Below, piece after piece: positions 41,622-50,895 of a DNA stretch of 64,000 bases (its first letter is position 1; each line of letters begins with the position of its first letter). A program made the translations under genes and the position numbers. The DNA lies in the sequence record OQ938541.1, one strand, 5' to 3'. Source of the stretch: Escherichia phage vB_EcoP_PE006. Below the pieces are notes generated by a model that saw only the letters and a program-made list of their open reading frames with translations, had not been told where the DNA came from and did no database searches.

Positions 41622-41759
41622 CGCTTATACCGATAAGAGTACTATGTAATATAAGTATCTTTGGTAGTAGATATAACACACTAGTAATGTATATATTGTA
41701 TAGCTGATAAAGTTATTGCAGGCTTGTATATTGGGCAATTCACAGAATCCCTTGCAAGT

Positions 41760-41860
41760 ACCGAAGGGCAGGAGCCACCTGCGAGATAAAAATAGAGAAT
41801 TAAGGAATCCTTGATTTAGGTTGTAGGGACTCCTAGGGACTTTGATTCTCTATTTAAAAG
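41760..41860. repeat. structured intergenic element: 11-bp inverted repeat AAATAGAGAAT / ATTCTCTATTT flanking tandem TAGGGACT repeats and a small palindrome
   Basis: Read directly in the 394-bp intergenic region upstream of ssb. Confidence 0.5.
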
Positions 41861-41947
41861 AATATTAATTACTTACTTAAAACCAATTCAAAAAGAGAAT
41901 AGCTAAAAGAACTATTCCTAGTAAAGCTAAGAAGTAAATGATATAAG

Positions 41948-42175
41948 TTACCATTCAAGTAAACCTTTAAAGTTAGACTGTTCTACTATCCTCTGATAAC
42001 GAAGATTAGAATCAGCTTGTTTCTTTAACATCTCATTATATTGGTCTCTGATAGAGTCTTTATAAACTACAGGTTCTTTAAATAATGAGATCTTCTTTTC
42101 TTCAGAGTTAGATAGTACATCCGTCACAAATGAAATCCCCACTAAGTGATTCTTGTAACAAGCGACTCTGTTCAT
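41948..42175 (-). CDS. hypothetical protein (75 aa)
   Basis: ORF only; overlaps the next ORF in another frame, so one of the pair may be spurious. Confidence 0.3.
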   Translation of the reverse strand: MNRVACYKNHLVGISFVTDVLSNSEEKKISLFKEPVVYKDSIRDQYNEMLKKQADSNLRYQRIVEQSNFKGLLEW

Positions 42176-42302
42176 CAGAGACTAATTGATTCACCACTTT
42201 CTGTAGTTCTAATAAATCATCAAAATCGATCATCATGCCTTCATCAAGCTTATCAGTATCAACAGACCAAAAAGGATTATCTCCTAGTATTTTACTAATC
42301 AT
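42108..42302 (-). CDS. hypothetical acidic protein (64 aa)
   Basis: ORF only. Confidence 0.3.
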   Translation of the reverse strand: MISKILGDNPFWSVDTDKLDEGMMIDFDDLLELQKVVNQLVSDEQSRLLQESLSGDFICDGCTI

Positions 42303-42522
42303 TCTACATCCCCTCTCACTTCAGCGTCTTTTGAATCTTCACTTGAGTATTTATCAATATATTCCATTTTTACCCCTATTAATTATGACCAAGATTTAGC
42401 TTTTACTTCAACATATGTTTTAACTTCACCTTTCAAGACCTCCTGAGAAGCATTTGCACTTTCTTCAGAGTGGTGTACAACGGTGATCTCTTTCTTTCCA
42501 ATCTTATAAGTGTGAATCCAAA

Positions 42523-42723
42523 TCATTCCTCTTCCTCATATTCCCAATTTCTTTCATAATATCCAGAGTTGTAGTTTAGGGTGCATTTCTCAGCCTCTTC
42601 TATGTCATCGGTGTTTAGGATATTAACCCATCCTCCAGCCTCATCAAAACCTTCTTCTTCCTCATTAATCCATACACTATATTTCTTCATCGAGAAGTTC
42701 TCCCCCAATCTTTTACATAGCAT
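42523..42723 (-). CDS. hypothetical highly acidic protein (66 aa)
   Basis: Glu-rich, ends in EEEE. Confidence 0.35.
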   Translation of the reverse strand: MLCKRLGENFSMKKYSVWINEEEEGFDEAGGWVNILNTDDIEEAEKCTLNYNSGYYERNWEYEEEE

Positions 42724-42859
42724 CGACCGTTAACCCACTTTGTCTCTGACTTAAATTCCTGAGACATTCGTACTTCACAGTCTTCTCTACTGGCATCCCC
42801 TCCGATATCAATCAGATACAGGAATAGAGCTATACCTAAAGTCCAAAGGATTATCTTCT

Positions 42860-43252
42860 TCATCGAATCACCAGAGGCTCTTCAGAGTACACAGGAGCGG
42901 CTATTTCTACAGGAGGTGCTGCCCTAAGGTCATTAAGTCTTACACCCTTCAGCATCCCGTCTAGGTGATCTTTCTTAGGGATTCCAACAGGGAAGTCGTC
43001 AATCCAAATATCTACAAAGAAACCTAGCTGACGACATACATCATCCTTCTGAACACCATTGCAAAAGATGATAGGAATCTGCAAACACTCTGCATCAATC
43101 TTAATGTCGTGATTATCGTACCCATTAGGCTCTGCAAAGCGATAAGTTACAAAACGTACATCATAACCTTTGGCTTGCATTAATGCCACCACAGAGCGCC
43201 ACAGCTTCTTATCTGAGGTGTAAGTATCATCGTAATCTAAACCAATATTCAT
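42860..43252 (-). CDS. hypothetical protein with HAD-like DxDxT motif (start at ATG two codons inside the track's TTG start)
   Basis: N-terminal NIGLDYDDT resembles HAD phosphatase motif I; fold not confirmed. Confidence 0.4.
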   Translation of the reverse strand: MNIGLDYDDTYTSDKKLWRSVVALMQAKGYDVRFVTYRFAEPNGYDNHDIKIDAECLQIPIIFCNGVQKDDVCRQLGFFVDIWIDDFPVGIPKKDHLDGMLKGVRLNDLRAAPPVEIAAPVYSEEPLVIR

Positions 43253-43485
43253 ATCCAAATCCTTTAGACAAGAAAAGCCGCCCTAAGGCAGCTCTTTATT
43301 TAGTCGGTCACTTTAGCTTCAAGTGCTTCATTTTCGATACTCAAGTCAATCACTACACCAGTAAGCTCAACAACTGCTTGGCGAAGGGCATCTTTACCCA
43401 TAGAGTGTACTTGAGTTAGGAAGAAAGCTTTACCTTCTTCGGTGGACAGGGTTTCTTTTAATTCAGAAGCAGTCATTGATATTCC

Positions 43486-43680
43486 TTATGTTATGTTATA
43501 AATTCGCATGATTGTACCGCCATTGGCTTCAATAGCAGCAACCATTTGGTTTCGTTCTTCATCCGTATAAACTAACACACTTCTAAATTCACCTGTTGCG
43601 TCAGTGTAAAGGATGTTATACTTCGGAGGTGGCTTACGGTAGATACCTTCCATCACTCTTTCTCCTCTCGTTCTTTCCAC
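43486..43680 (-). CDS. hypothetical protein (64 aa)
   Basis: ORF only. Confidence 0.35.
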   Translation of the reverse strand: MERTRGERVMEGIYRKPPPKYNILYTDATGEFRSVLVYTDEERNQMVAAIEANGGTIMRIYNIT

Positions 43681-43849
43681 AGTTCAGCGAGTTCTAAATA
43701 AAACTCAGCTTCATCAGGACGTCCTTGTTCATTACAGATGGCGCTCTGACGATAACACCAATCCGATGGCATCTCTTCCACTTCAATCTCCTTATTATGA
43801 ACTAATCAATAAGACTAGTTCATTTGTTTTCTAAACTTTCAGTCCTGAA

Positions 43850-44005
43850 TCAATGTGTGTGCATCCAATTCAATCCAATCTGACAATCAGATGCCAGAGG
43901 ACATTCCATGTTCAAGTACTCACCAGCTTTCTTAACACAAAGCTCGGTATGTTCTTTGAGTTTATGTACATCATTACGGTTCACTGAGAATTGGCCCTCA
44001 TCCAT
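43850..44005 (-). CDS. DNA polymerase C-terminal fragment (motif C region), separated from the main pol ORF
   Basis: Manual translation MDEGQFSVNRNDVHKLKEHTELCVKKAGEYLNMECPLASDCQIGLNWMHTH; resembles the T7 DNA polymerase C-terminus around the catalytic DE of motif C. An in-frame TAA directly precedes the ATG. Below the track's length cut-off. Confidence 0.5.
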   Translation of the reverse strand: MDEGQFSVNRNDVHKLKEHTELCVKKAGEYLNMECPLASDCQIGLNWMHTH

Positions 44006-44122
44006 TTATGTTATTCCCAAATTACTTCGGGTATCGGACTATATCATAACAGCATAGCTAATTTGCTGTTGTTGGCGCTTCGAGGGTTTCCCTGTTAACC
44101 CCCTACTCCCGCAGGATAGTCT

Positions 44123-44518
44123 CTACACTTTCCACTTTCGAATCCATCTACAAGCGATTCCAAAGCTCACACCAAATCTTTCTGCAAGAGCAACACCAGT
44201 ACATTCATTATTAAGCCAGAACTCTTTAGCAGCATCCTGTCTTTCTCTGTTTCTACCAGTATTTGATTCTATGGCATGTGCACTACCTTCTAATATCTCT
44301 AGATGATCAGTGTTACAACATGCCCTATTCTTGCATTTGTGATTAACTTCGTAGCCGTCAGGAATACTTCCAAACTTCTCTTCCATGACATACCTATGAT
44401 ACATGACCCATTTGCCATTTATCACTTTTCGAAAGTAGCCATCTTTATTTAATTTGTGTGAGATAGGGATGATACATCCTGTGCTAGTTGTTTCTAGCAC
44501 TAGATCTTTCTTAGCCAT
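44123..44518 (-). mobile_element. HNH homing endonuclease gene inserted within the DNA polymerase coding region
   Basis: GYEVNHKCKNRACCNTDHLEILEG is a classic HNH motif; the ORF lies between polymerase motif B and motif C. Confidence 0.75.
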
Positions 44519-44579
44519 ATCACCTCCTAATAGCTTAGCTCGGTATTGCCCTCAACTTAATGGTCGGGTTTCACCGAGT

Positions 44580-46301
44580 TCACCAACTTTTACATGCACA
44601 ATGAAGTTTATGCATATCAATTACCTTAGCACAGCGAACCCCATCTTTCTCAATCCACTTGTTAAGGAACATCATAGCATATTTCATAACAACAGCACCA
44701 GCACATTGCAGGAGAGTGTTAAGTGCTTTATGAACCATAACTTTACCAGTGGCATCTCGTCTCATTGTAATCTTACGACCATCAACACCAATCAAGTACC
44801 CTTGAGCAGCTTTCTCTGTCATACGATCAATGAGGATTGCAATACATGGGTTCTCTGCCAAGAAACGTGCTCGCATCACTGAACCTTCGTCAGCCCCACC
44901 ACCTACAATTGAACCGAGCTTGGCATCACCAGCACCATAGTTGAATGCGTAGATAAATGTCTTAGCGTTGTCACGAGTAGGAAGACCAGCAAGTTTCTGG
45001 TTGTGGGAGTGGATATCACCTTCAAGGAGAATATCACGATACATAATAGCAGAAGCTAAACCACGCTCTGCCAGAGCTTTCTTAGCTGGATTATTCTCTT
45101 CGATTGCTTCAGCAAGCATATCCCTACACTCTTTAATGAGGTAGTGTGCAAGCATACGCAATTCTAATCCAGAACCATCATACCCTAAGAATACTTCTTT
45201 ACCAGCGGGTATGTAATATTTGTAAGCACCTACAGGTTTGTCTTTCTTCCCCGGCTTACCTTTCTCATAAATTACGTTAGTACCTTTTCGTATATAACAA
45301 CCATCAGGAACAACGTTAGTAATAACGAAAGGACGAGAGTGATCATCATCTGAGTTATAGTCAGATTCAAACAAACTGCGACACTCGTGACCAAACAAAC
45401 CACGGGAGGGAATATTAACCACGATACGATGTTTGAATCGAAAAGTCGGCGTAGCGCAGCTGTTAGCTTCTGCCGAAAGTTTACCATCTTCGCGTTCCTT
45501 TGCTATGAGTCCACTAATAAGACCTAGCCTGTGAGCCGCTACAACGCGTCTCTTAAGCAAACTTCCGACACTCCCTAGCTCACCCCCTAACCCTTCTTCA
45601 AGAGTCTCCTCGAGGTTTGTAGGAGCTGTAGGCCACTTGTTTGAGGTAGCTAGTGCTATCTTAATCTCATCAAAAGTGATAGGTCTACGTCGGTTAGGAT
45701 TTAAACCTAAACCAAATACATAAGCCTTCATATAGTTCTTAGTCTTAAACCTAAAATGCTTCTCTAAGAACTTCCTAATATCAGCGTCAACCATCTCGGC
45801 TGTCTGCTTCTGTTTAGCATTACCTCGCATCCAAGCTGAATACCATGCTTGGTATGTTCCATACTTTCGCATATCTTTCTTGATTTCAAAAGTATTCCAA
45901 GGCTTCTTAGATACGTTAAACTCTGGAGGAAGAAAGCCCTCATCCATAAGGGCTTCTTTAACTCGTGCATCTTTCGATGGGTCAAAGTCCACGTATTCAA
46001 CACAGGTGAATGCTCCACCAATGTCTTCTCTCTTAAGACCAACTCTATCACAATAGGCTTGAGGCCACTTCTGTAAAGCTCCAGACTTCTTAAATGGCTT
46101 CATATAAGTAGAGCCATCTAATCTCATCTTAGGTAAGAGAGGAATCAGTTCTTTGTCAATATTAACAATAATCTCTTTAAGGAGGTGAACATACCACCGA
46201 GCATTTCTTCGGTTGAAACTCACTCCGTGCTTCGCTTGCTTAGAGATTATATCAGCGACAGTCATCTCTGTCAAAAATGGGAGAGCGTCCGGGTTGCTCA
46301 C
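44580..46301 (-). CDS. DNA polymerase, family A (T7-like), polymerase domain with motifs A and B
   Basis: Motif A DGSGLELR and motif B RDNAKTFIYAFNYGAGDAKLG closely match T7 gp5 (DASGLELR; RDNAKTFIYGFLYGAGDEKIG); ORF stops before motif C. Confidence 0.85.
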   Translation of the reverse strand: MSNPDALPFLTEMTVADIISKQAKHGVSFNRRNARWYVHLLKEIIVNIDKELIPLLPKMRLDGSTYMKPFKKSGALQKWPQAYCDRVGLKREDIGGAFTCVEYVDFDPSKDARVKEALMDEGFLPPEFNVSKKPWNTFEIKKDMRKYGTYQAWYSAWMRGNAKQKQTAEMVDADIRKFLEKHFRFKTKNYMKAYVFGLGLNPNRRRPITFDEIKIALATSNKWPTAPTNLEETLEEGLGGELGSVGSLLKRRVVAAHRLGLISGLIAKEREDGKLSAEANSCATPTFRFKHRIVVNIPSRGLFGHECRSLFESDYNSDDDHSRPFVITNVVPDGCYIRKGTNVIYEKGKPGKKDKPVGAYKYYIPAGKEVFLGYDGSGLELRMLAHYLIKECRDMLAEAIEENNPAKKALAERGLASAIMYRDILLEGDIHSHNQKLAGLPTRDNAKTFIYAFNYGAGDAKLGSIVGGGADEGSVMRARFLAENPCIAILIDRMTEKAAQGYLIGVDGRKITMRRDATGKVMVHKALNTLLQCAGAVVMKYAMMFLNKWIEKDGVRCAKVIDMHKLHCACKSW

Positions 46302-46317
46302 TTTATACTCCTTTAAA

Positions 46318-46740
46318 TTATTGGTAAATCAAATCCGTAAATGCTTGATTGTCTTCTATCACATCTAACACGGTAGCTTCATAACTGTAAGCCCTAACCG
46401 CCCCGTTAACAACTATCCGAGGAGTAGGTGGAGGTGGTGCATGGTTAGCCCTAGCTTCACGAGGTTGCTCTCGTACTAGATGAGCCACAACCCTTTGGTT
46501 AGCGACTTCTTCTCTTTCTCGAATAGCTCTCTGGATATAAGCCAGCTTCATGCCCCAAGCCTCTTCGAACTCTTGAGGGTGTTTATCACTGATAACCACA
46601 TACTGACGTTCAGGGATACCAGAGCGAATCTCTGATAATAGCTCATGGAACAAATCCAGTTCATGTTCAGTGAGATTCATTTCGATATCATCCCACTTGA
46701 GAACTAAGAAACGGTTTTGGTGTCTAGCTGGTAATGGCAT
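46318..46740 (-). CDS. hypothetical protein (140 aa)
   Basis: ORF with Pro-rich segment; no motif. Confidence 0.45.
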   Translation of the reverse strand: MPLPARHQNRFLVLKWDDIEMNLTEHELDLFHELLSEIRSGIPERQYVVISDKHPQEFEEAWGMKLAYIQRAIREREEVANQRVVAHLVREQPREARANHAPPPPTPRIVVNGAVRAYSYEATVLDVIEDNQAFTDLIYQ

Positions 46741-46903
46741 TCTACTCCACCTCTACTCTAACGTAAGTTCTCTCGCCAACATCATCTTTCCAGACCCATG
46801 CCTTGGCATCTTCTTCAGACTTAAAAGCTTTCACAACGCTGTATCCACCTTCCCATTCATCACCGAACCAGCGCTGTCCTACGTAAACATATTCTTTCAT
46901 TAT

Positions 46904-47188
46904 TTAACCTTTTGGGAATGGCATTAAAGATTCCATAGCAGATTTAATTTCGCTATTGATTCGAGCATCTCGATAAGAGATAAACTTACCTTTGCTATCT
47001 CGTAACATCACATGGGTTCTAGCTGTTACGTGGGGAAGTAATGTAATACTAGTTGGGATAGCGTCAATCCTTACAGAAAATTTGTCAATAGTCTTGCTTT
47101 CACTTAACAGATAAGACCAAGTACGTGGTTTCTGCTCCGGATGATTAGGGTGTGTATCTACGATTTGAACCATAGCTAACTTATTCAT
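46904..47188 (-). CDS. hypothetical protein, paralog of 47190..47441
   Basis: Shares TART.V.LR...GKFISY...L.PFPKG with the adjacent gene. Confidence 0.5.
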   Translation of the reverse strand: MNKLAMVQIVDTHPNHPEQKPRTWSYLLSESKTIDKFSVRIDAIPTSITLLPHVTARTHVMLRDSKGKFISYRDARINSEIKSAMESLMPFPKG

Positions 47189-47189
47189 A

Positions 47190-47441
47190 TTAAACTCCTT
47201 TAGGGAACGGGATGAGGTTTTCTACTGCAACACGGAACTCTTTCTCTACACCTTTATTCTTATAAGAAATGAATTTACCATCAGCCCCACGGAGGATTAC
47301 GTTAGTACGAGCTGTTTTTGGGTTATGACCAATCTGGTTTGCAATGATATTAGCAATGCCGTGATTATTGGTGAATTTCCATTTAACCATACGATTGTTA
47401 GACATTACATCAATGATATTTACAGATTTTACAATAGACAT
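47190..47441 (-). CDS. hypothetical protein, paralog of 46904..47188
   Basis: Tandem duplicate, 1-nt spacing. Confidence 0.5.
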   Translation of the reverse strand: MSIVKSVNIIDVMSNNRMVKWKFTNNHGIANIIANQIGHNPKTARTNVILRGADGKFISYKNKGVEKEFRVAVENLIPFPKGV

Positions 47442-47470
47442 ATTTATTACCTAAGAAGTTTAATTTGGTT

Positions 47471-47504
47471 TATATAAAAGAAAAGGCCACCCATTTGGGT
47501 AGCC
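47471..47504 (-). terminator. rho-independent terminator (minus-strand sense)
   Basis: GGCUACCC / GGGUGGCC stem (one G-U) followed on the minus transcript by UUUUCUUUUAUAUA. Confidence 0.5.
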
Positions 47505-47509
47505 TCATG

Positions 47510-47833
47510 TTACGTTGAGCTTAAAGCTCCTTTTCGCTTAGCAGCACCAGCTGCTTTTCCAGCTCGATCACCACTTTTGCCGCCGTTTGAACGGTTTGAG
47601 CTGACTGATTCAACACGTAAGTTGCTTGACGCATTAGAGCCTCCAGACTTGACAGCTCGTTTGTGTCCAACATCTTTACCTCTGACAGCAGCTTTTCCAT
47701 CGCGCTTTTCAACGATGCGACGTGCACGGTGGCGCTGAGCATCTCCGCTCTTGCTCCCAACGCCTGTTTCACCACGGGCAATTGCGGTACGTCTTTCTTG
47801 TGCATAATCTCTCTTTCCTACATGGTCTGCCAT
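47510..47833 (-). CDS. small basic Gly/Lys/Arg-rich protein (possible nucleic-acid-binding or KGG-repeat-like)
   Basis: 107 aa, AAGGAG RBS, own upstream TAATGTATA motif and downstream terminator; the overlapping 47521..47805 ORF is the alternative reading. Confidence 0.45.
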   Translation of the reverse strand: MADHVGKRDYAQERRTAIARGETGVGSKSGDAQRHRARRIVEKRDGKAAVRGKDVGHKRAVKSGGSNASSNLRVESVSSNRSNGGKSGDRAGKAAGAAKRKGALSST

Positions 47834-47869
47834 TTAGAACTCCTTAATATATCAGTGTACACTAAGGAG

Positions 47870-47878
47870 TATACATTA
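47870..47878 (-). promoter_or_regulatory. TAATGTATA promoter-like motif (minus-strand sense)
   Basis: Reverse complement of tatacatta, 36 nt upstream of the ATG at 47833. Confidence 0.45.
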
Positions 47879-47887
47879 TGGATGCTA

Positions 47888-48136
47888 TTAAAACTCTGCT
47901 AAGTATTTAATATCAGAGGCATATACCTCATCAAAGGAAATAGGCTCTCCGTTGTAAAGAAGTTCTATCTTCAATATACCAGAGCATTTGGTGTCTTTAG
48001 AATCAACTCTGATAGAGAGTTTATCAACTATCTGAGCTTTAATCTCTTCTATTACCAACTCTTGAGTGTTATTCACTCCACCCTCCCGGTGGCACAAAAT
48101 CATCAGGAACGTCAATGATAGTAGGTTCTCCATCAT
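47888..48136 (-). CDS. hypothetical protein (82 aa)
   Basis: ORF only. Confidence 0.35.
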   Translation of the reverse strand: MMENLLSLTFLMILCHREGGVNNTQELVIEEIKAQIVDKLSIRVDSKDTKCSGILKIELLYNGEPISFDEVYASDIKYLAEF

Positions 48137-48254
48137 TCATGCAGGTGTCTTCATTTAACTCTTCACACTCAAAACATGCTCGTTCGATATTTTTGTAGAA
48201 GTCGATGGTTGCTGAACCATCACCACAATCTCGGATAACTAGAGCTACTTTCAC
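48069..48254 (-). CDS. hypothetical acidic protein (61 aa)
   Basis: ORF only; overlaps the previous ORF in another frame. Confidence 0.3.
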   Translation of the reverse strand: MKVALVIRDCGDGSATIDFYKNIERACFECEELNEDTCMNDGEPTIIDVPDDFVPPGGWSE

Positions 48255-48994
48255 TTCTCTTGTCCTTTTTCCATTGCTTTAACAATAGCTTTACAGAAAC
48301 CAGAACGAACAATGTCATCTGATTCGCCGTCTACAATCTCAGCGAACTCATACAGATCATGTTCATCAATAAAGTTAGTAGCCCAAGTAAGACCACTCTC
48401 ACGACCACGCATATCATGCTGGTTAGTATCACCCATGCAGAACAGCTGAGAGGTTTCTCCCAATCGAGTCATGATTGAGAAGGCTTCATCTTTAGTTGTG
48501 TTCTGGAACTCATCAACGATAACGATAGCATCATTGAAAGAACGACCACGGAGATATTCCAGAGGTACGAACTCAATGTTACTGTTACCGAGCTGGCATT
48601 CATAGAACCCTTTACCATATCGCTGAGTAATAACATCAATGATAGGCATCAAATATGGTTCAAACTTCTCACGCATCCCTCCCGGAAGCAACCCAAGAGA
48701 ATTACCCATGCCGACCGAAGGGCGACTCAGGATAATCTTCTGAATCTTACCACTCTTCAGTGCATCGATAACCGTGGAAGTGATTACAAAGGTCTTACCA
48801 CAGCCCGCAGGAGCGTCTGTGAACACAACTTGTTTAGTCTTGATAGCATTGAGCAGTTCAGACTGGAACTGGTTCTGAGGGACTACAGGCTTTGCTAAAA
48901 CCACCTCTTCAAACTCGCGCTTACCCTTACGAGTGACAAGTGCTTCCCGACGAAGGTCTTTCCGTGATTCTTTCCGTGATTGACGACGACTCAT
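48251..48994 (-). CDS. phoH: PhoH-like ATPase
   Basis: Walker A DAPAGCGKT and Walker B VIVDEFQN in the spacing typical of PhoH-family proteins. Confidence 0.75.
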   Translation of the reverse strand: MSRRQSRKESRKDLRREALVTRKGKREFEEVVLAKPVVPQNQFQSELLNAIKTKQVVFTDAPAGCGKTFVITSTVIDALKSGKIQKIILSRPSVGMGNSLGLLPGGMREKFEPYLMPIIDVITQRYGKGFYECQLGNSNIEFVPLEYLRGRSFNDAIVIVDEFQNTTKDEAFSIMTRLGETSQLFCMGDTNQHDMRGRESGLTWATNFIDEHDLYEFAEIVDGESDDIVRSGFCKAIVKAMEKGQEK

Positions 48995-49203
48995 TTACGC
49001 TCTCCAATTTCTTCGTAATGACATTCAGTAGTTAAACAATCTTTACAGATTGCTGTATAAACCCTGACGTTAGTAAATCGTTTGTTCTTCCCTTTGGTTG
49101 GAGAGCCTTTAGCAAGCTCTCTGATAACCTTGTTACTTAAGTGAAGGTTTGTCCCTTCACACCTAGAGCACTTCACCACAATGTCCATTCGGTAAGAGAC
49201 CAC
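48991..49203 (-). CDS. small zinc-ribbon protein
   Basis: CSRCEG...CKDCLTTECH Cys pairs; 4-nt overlap with phoH. Confidence 0.4.
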   Translation of the reverse strand: MVSYRMDIVVKCSRCEGTNLHLSNKVIRELAKGSPTKGKNKRFTNVRVYTAICKDCLTTECHYEEIGERK

Positions 49204-49373
49204 AGAGAGTCGCCTATGTGGGCATTGTCATTCCTGATGAGGTCTTTGATTTTATCAACATTAGTTAAGTGAGTCACATTCAAAATATCCTCAACATCTG
49301 GGGCATATTTAAATATGGCAACAATACTGTTGTGATCTTCAGCATATCTTTCTAGAACATAAACTACGCTCAT
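49173..49373 (-). CDS. hypothetical protein (66 aa)
   Basis: ORF only. Confidence 0.35.
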   Translation of the reverse strand: MSVVYVLERYAEDHNSIVAIFKYAPDVEDILNVTHLTNVDKIKDLIRNDNAHIGDSLWSLTEWTLW

Positions 49374-49693
49374 GCGAAGTTAACCTCTTTATGAAGTCTG
49401 TAAACAGCTGTCGCCATACAAGCAACAGCTTCGTTATGTGGGAGATGCATCCCTGTAGAACCATCCCAATCTTTGAACTCATTGTCAAAGACTCCGGTAG
49501 GCTCTGGATACAAGGCTTGCAACTCAACCAAATCATTAGCAACTTGTTGCCATTTATCATCAGACCAGATAGGGTCATCCAACCAGTAATACAAATAGGA
49601 ATGGATGATCAATTGCCTTCTATGCCGATTAATCACTTCAGCGGGACTTATCTCACTTCCATTTGAAGTCCTAAATGTATTACTGTTAATCAT
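49370..49693 (-). CDS. stand-alone protein resembling NAD-dependent DNA ligase domain Ia
   Basis: RHRRQLIIHSYLYYWLDDPIWSDDKWQQVANDLVELQALYPEP follows the LigA N-terminal pattern (H..YLYY..D.P.ISD..YD.L...L..LE..YPE). Confidence 0.45.
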   Translation of the reverse strand: MINSNTFRTSNGSEISPAEVINRHRRQLIIHSYLYYWLDDPIWSDDKWQQVANDLVELQALYPEPTGVFDNEFKDWDGSTGMHLPHNEAVACMATAVYRLHKEVNFA

Positions 49694-49896
49694 TATGAAA
49701 ATTTCCGTTCTGTTAAAAAATACTGAACTTCTTTATCTGGAGACCAAACCTTTTCTCCATTTACCAACTTCTTAGCATCTTCATACGAAGCACAATCCAA
49801 AGCAGGGCTATCAGGTGTCGGTTTCCCTAGGAAATATTTCCAAGTCCAACGCTCTCCGTCATCATCTTGACAGTCAAGAGTCCATAATGTTTTCAT
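49693..49896 (-). CDS. hypothetical protein (67 aa)
   Basis: ORF only. Confidence 0.35.
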   Translation of the reverse strand: MKTLWTLDCQDDDGERWTWKYFLGKPTPDSPALDCASYEDAKKLVNGEKVWSPDKEVQYFLTERKFS

Positions 49897-50117
49897 TTAA
49901 CAACCTTAAATTTGAATGTTGTTGGGTGATAATAATGCAATCTGTTAATGGTGTGCTTTGTTTCAAGATATATCCTACAAGAGTGACACATGACATGAGA
50001 CAGACCAGTCACAGGGTTGGGTTTGAAGTTGGCGATAGGCTTCTCTTTCTTACAGAAGCTACACATTTTCTTATCCATCTTTTCTCCTGCTAATCCTCTG
50101 AGTTGTGGGGACAGCAA
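49893..50117 (-). CDS. small Cys/His-rich (zinc-finger-like) protein
   Basis: CSFCKK...CHSCR pattern; true start may be the internal Met. Confidence 0.35.
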   Translation of the reverse strand: MLSPQLRGLAGEKMDKKMCSFCKKEKPIANFKPNPVTGLSHVMCHSCRIYLETKHTINRLHYYHPTTFKFKVVK

Positions 50118-50223
50118 TATTCACATACTCCACAACAAGGGCAAATTTCTACACTTGGGTCATATGCATCATCAACTGTCATCCCACACTTGGTGCAGAA
50201 CACATCATCATCTTCTTCCAATA

Positions 50224-50880
50224 TTAACTCTCCAAAGTTTTCTTCAGAGCTGCCCACGAGATTGGGTAGAGTTTAGCCATCTCTTCATCCAGAGATTGAG
50301 CAAACACTCGAACTTCATACTGAGCATGGGAGGATAGTCGCTGACGACACAACTCAAACCAACCATACAAAGAACCAGTCCACACCCACTCCGTGATCAT
50401 TCCCTGAGGAAGAACAAATCGGGCTTGCTCTGGTGCAACGAATTCAATCAACTTGTCATATGCTGCTAGAGAAGCTTCATATGCATCGTTAATCAACATT
50501 AATGCTTCAGCTCGTTCTCCATTGATGAGTTGAACCCCTGAACCTGCATGGAGGTCCGAAGGTCTCGCAAAAATCTCTTTAGGGATGAAGACTTCAACTG
50601 CTCCATCTTTATACCGCCGGGACATTTCGTTCCACGAGAATCCAACCTGATGCTTGCCCAACTGTCTCGCAATTGCGATAGGTGCTTTGCATCGGAAACT
50701 GACTTGCGGGTGCCTGAAAGGCGTGACATGCTTCTCTCTCGCGAGGAAGTTGATGAGACGTTCATCACGTTCATTTAAATCACCTTCACGGGTTACGCCA
50801 AAGGAAACTCGAGCTGCGTTTACTACGCTACGATCACTTCCCATAGCTTCGATTAATGTTGCTTGTAATTGTTCATTCAT
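50224..50880 (-). CDS. ThyX-like flavin-dependent thymidylate synthase homolog (divergent signature)
   Basis: IARQLGKHQVGFSWNEMSRRY aligns with the ThyX signature region (..RHR..S.NE.S.RY) but has KHQ in place of RHR. Confidence 0.55.
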   Translation of the reverse strand: MNEQLQATLIEAMGSDRSVVNAARVSFGVTREGDLNERDERLINFLAREKHVTPFRHPQVSFRCKAPIAIARQLGKHQVGFSWNEMSRRYKDGAVEVFIPKEIFARPSDLHAGSGVQLINGERAEALMLINDAYEASLAAYDKLIEFVAPEQARFVLPQGMITEWVWTGSLYGWFELCRQRLSSHAQYEVRVFAQSLDEEMAKLYPISWAALKKTLES

Positions 50881-50895
50881 CCGTGAATTTCCTTA

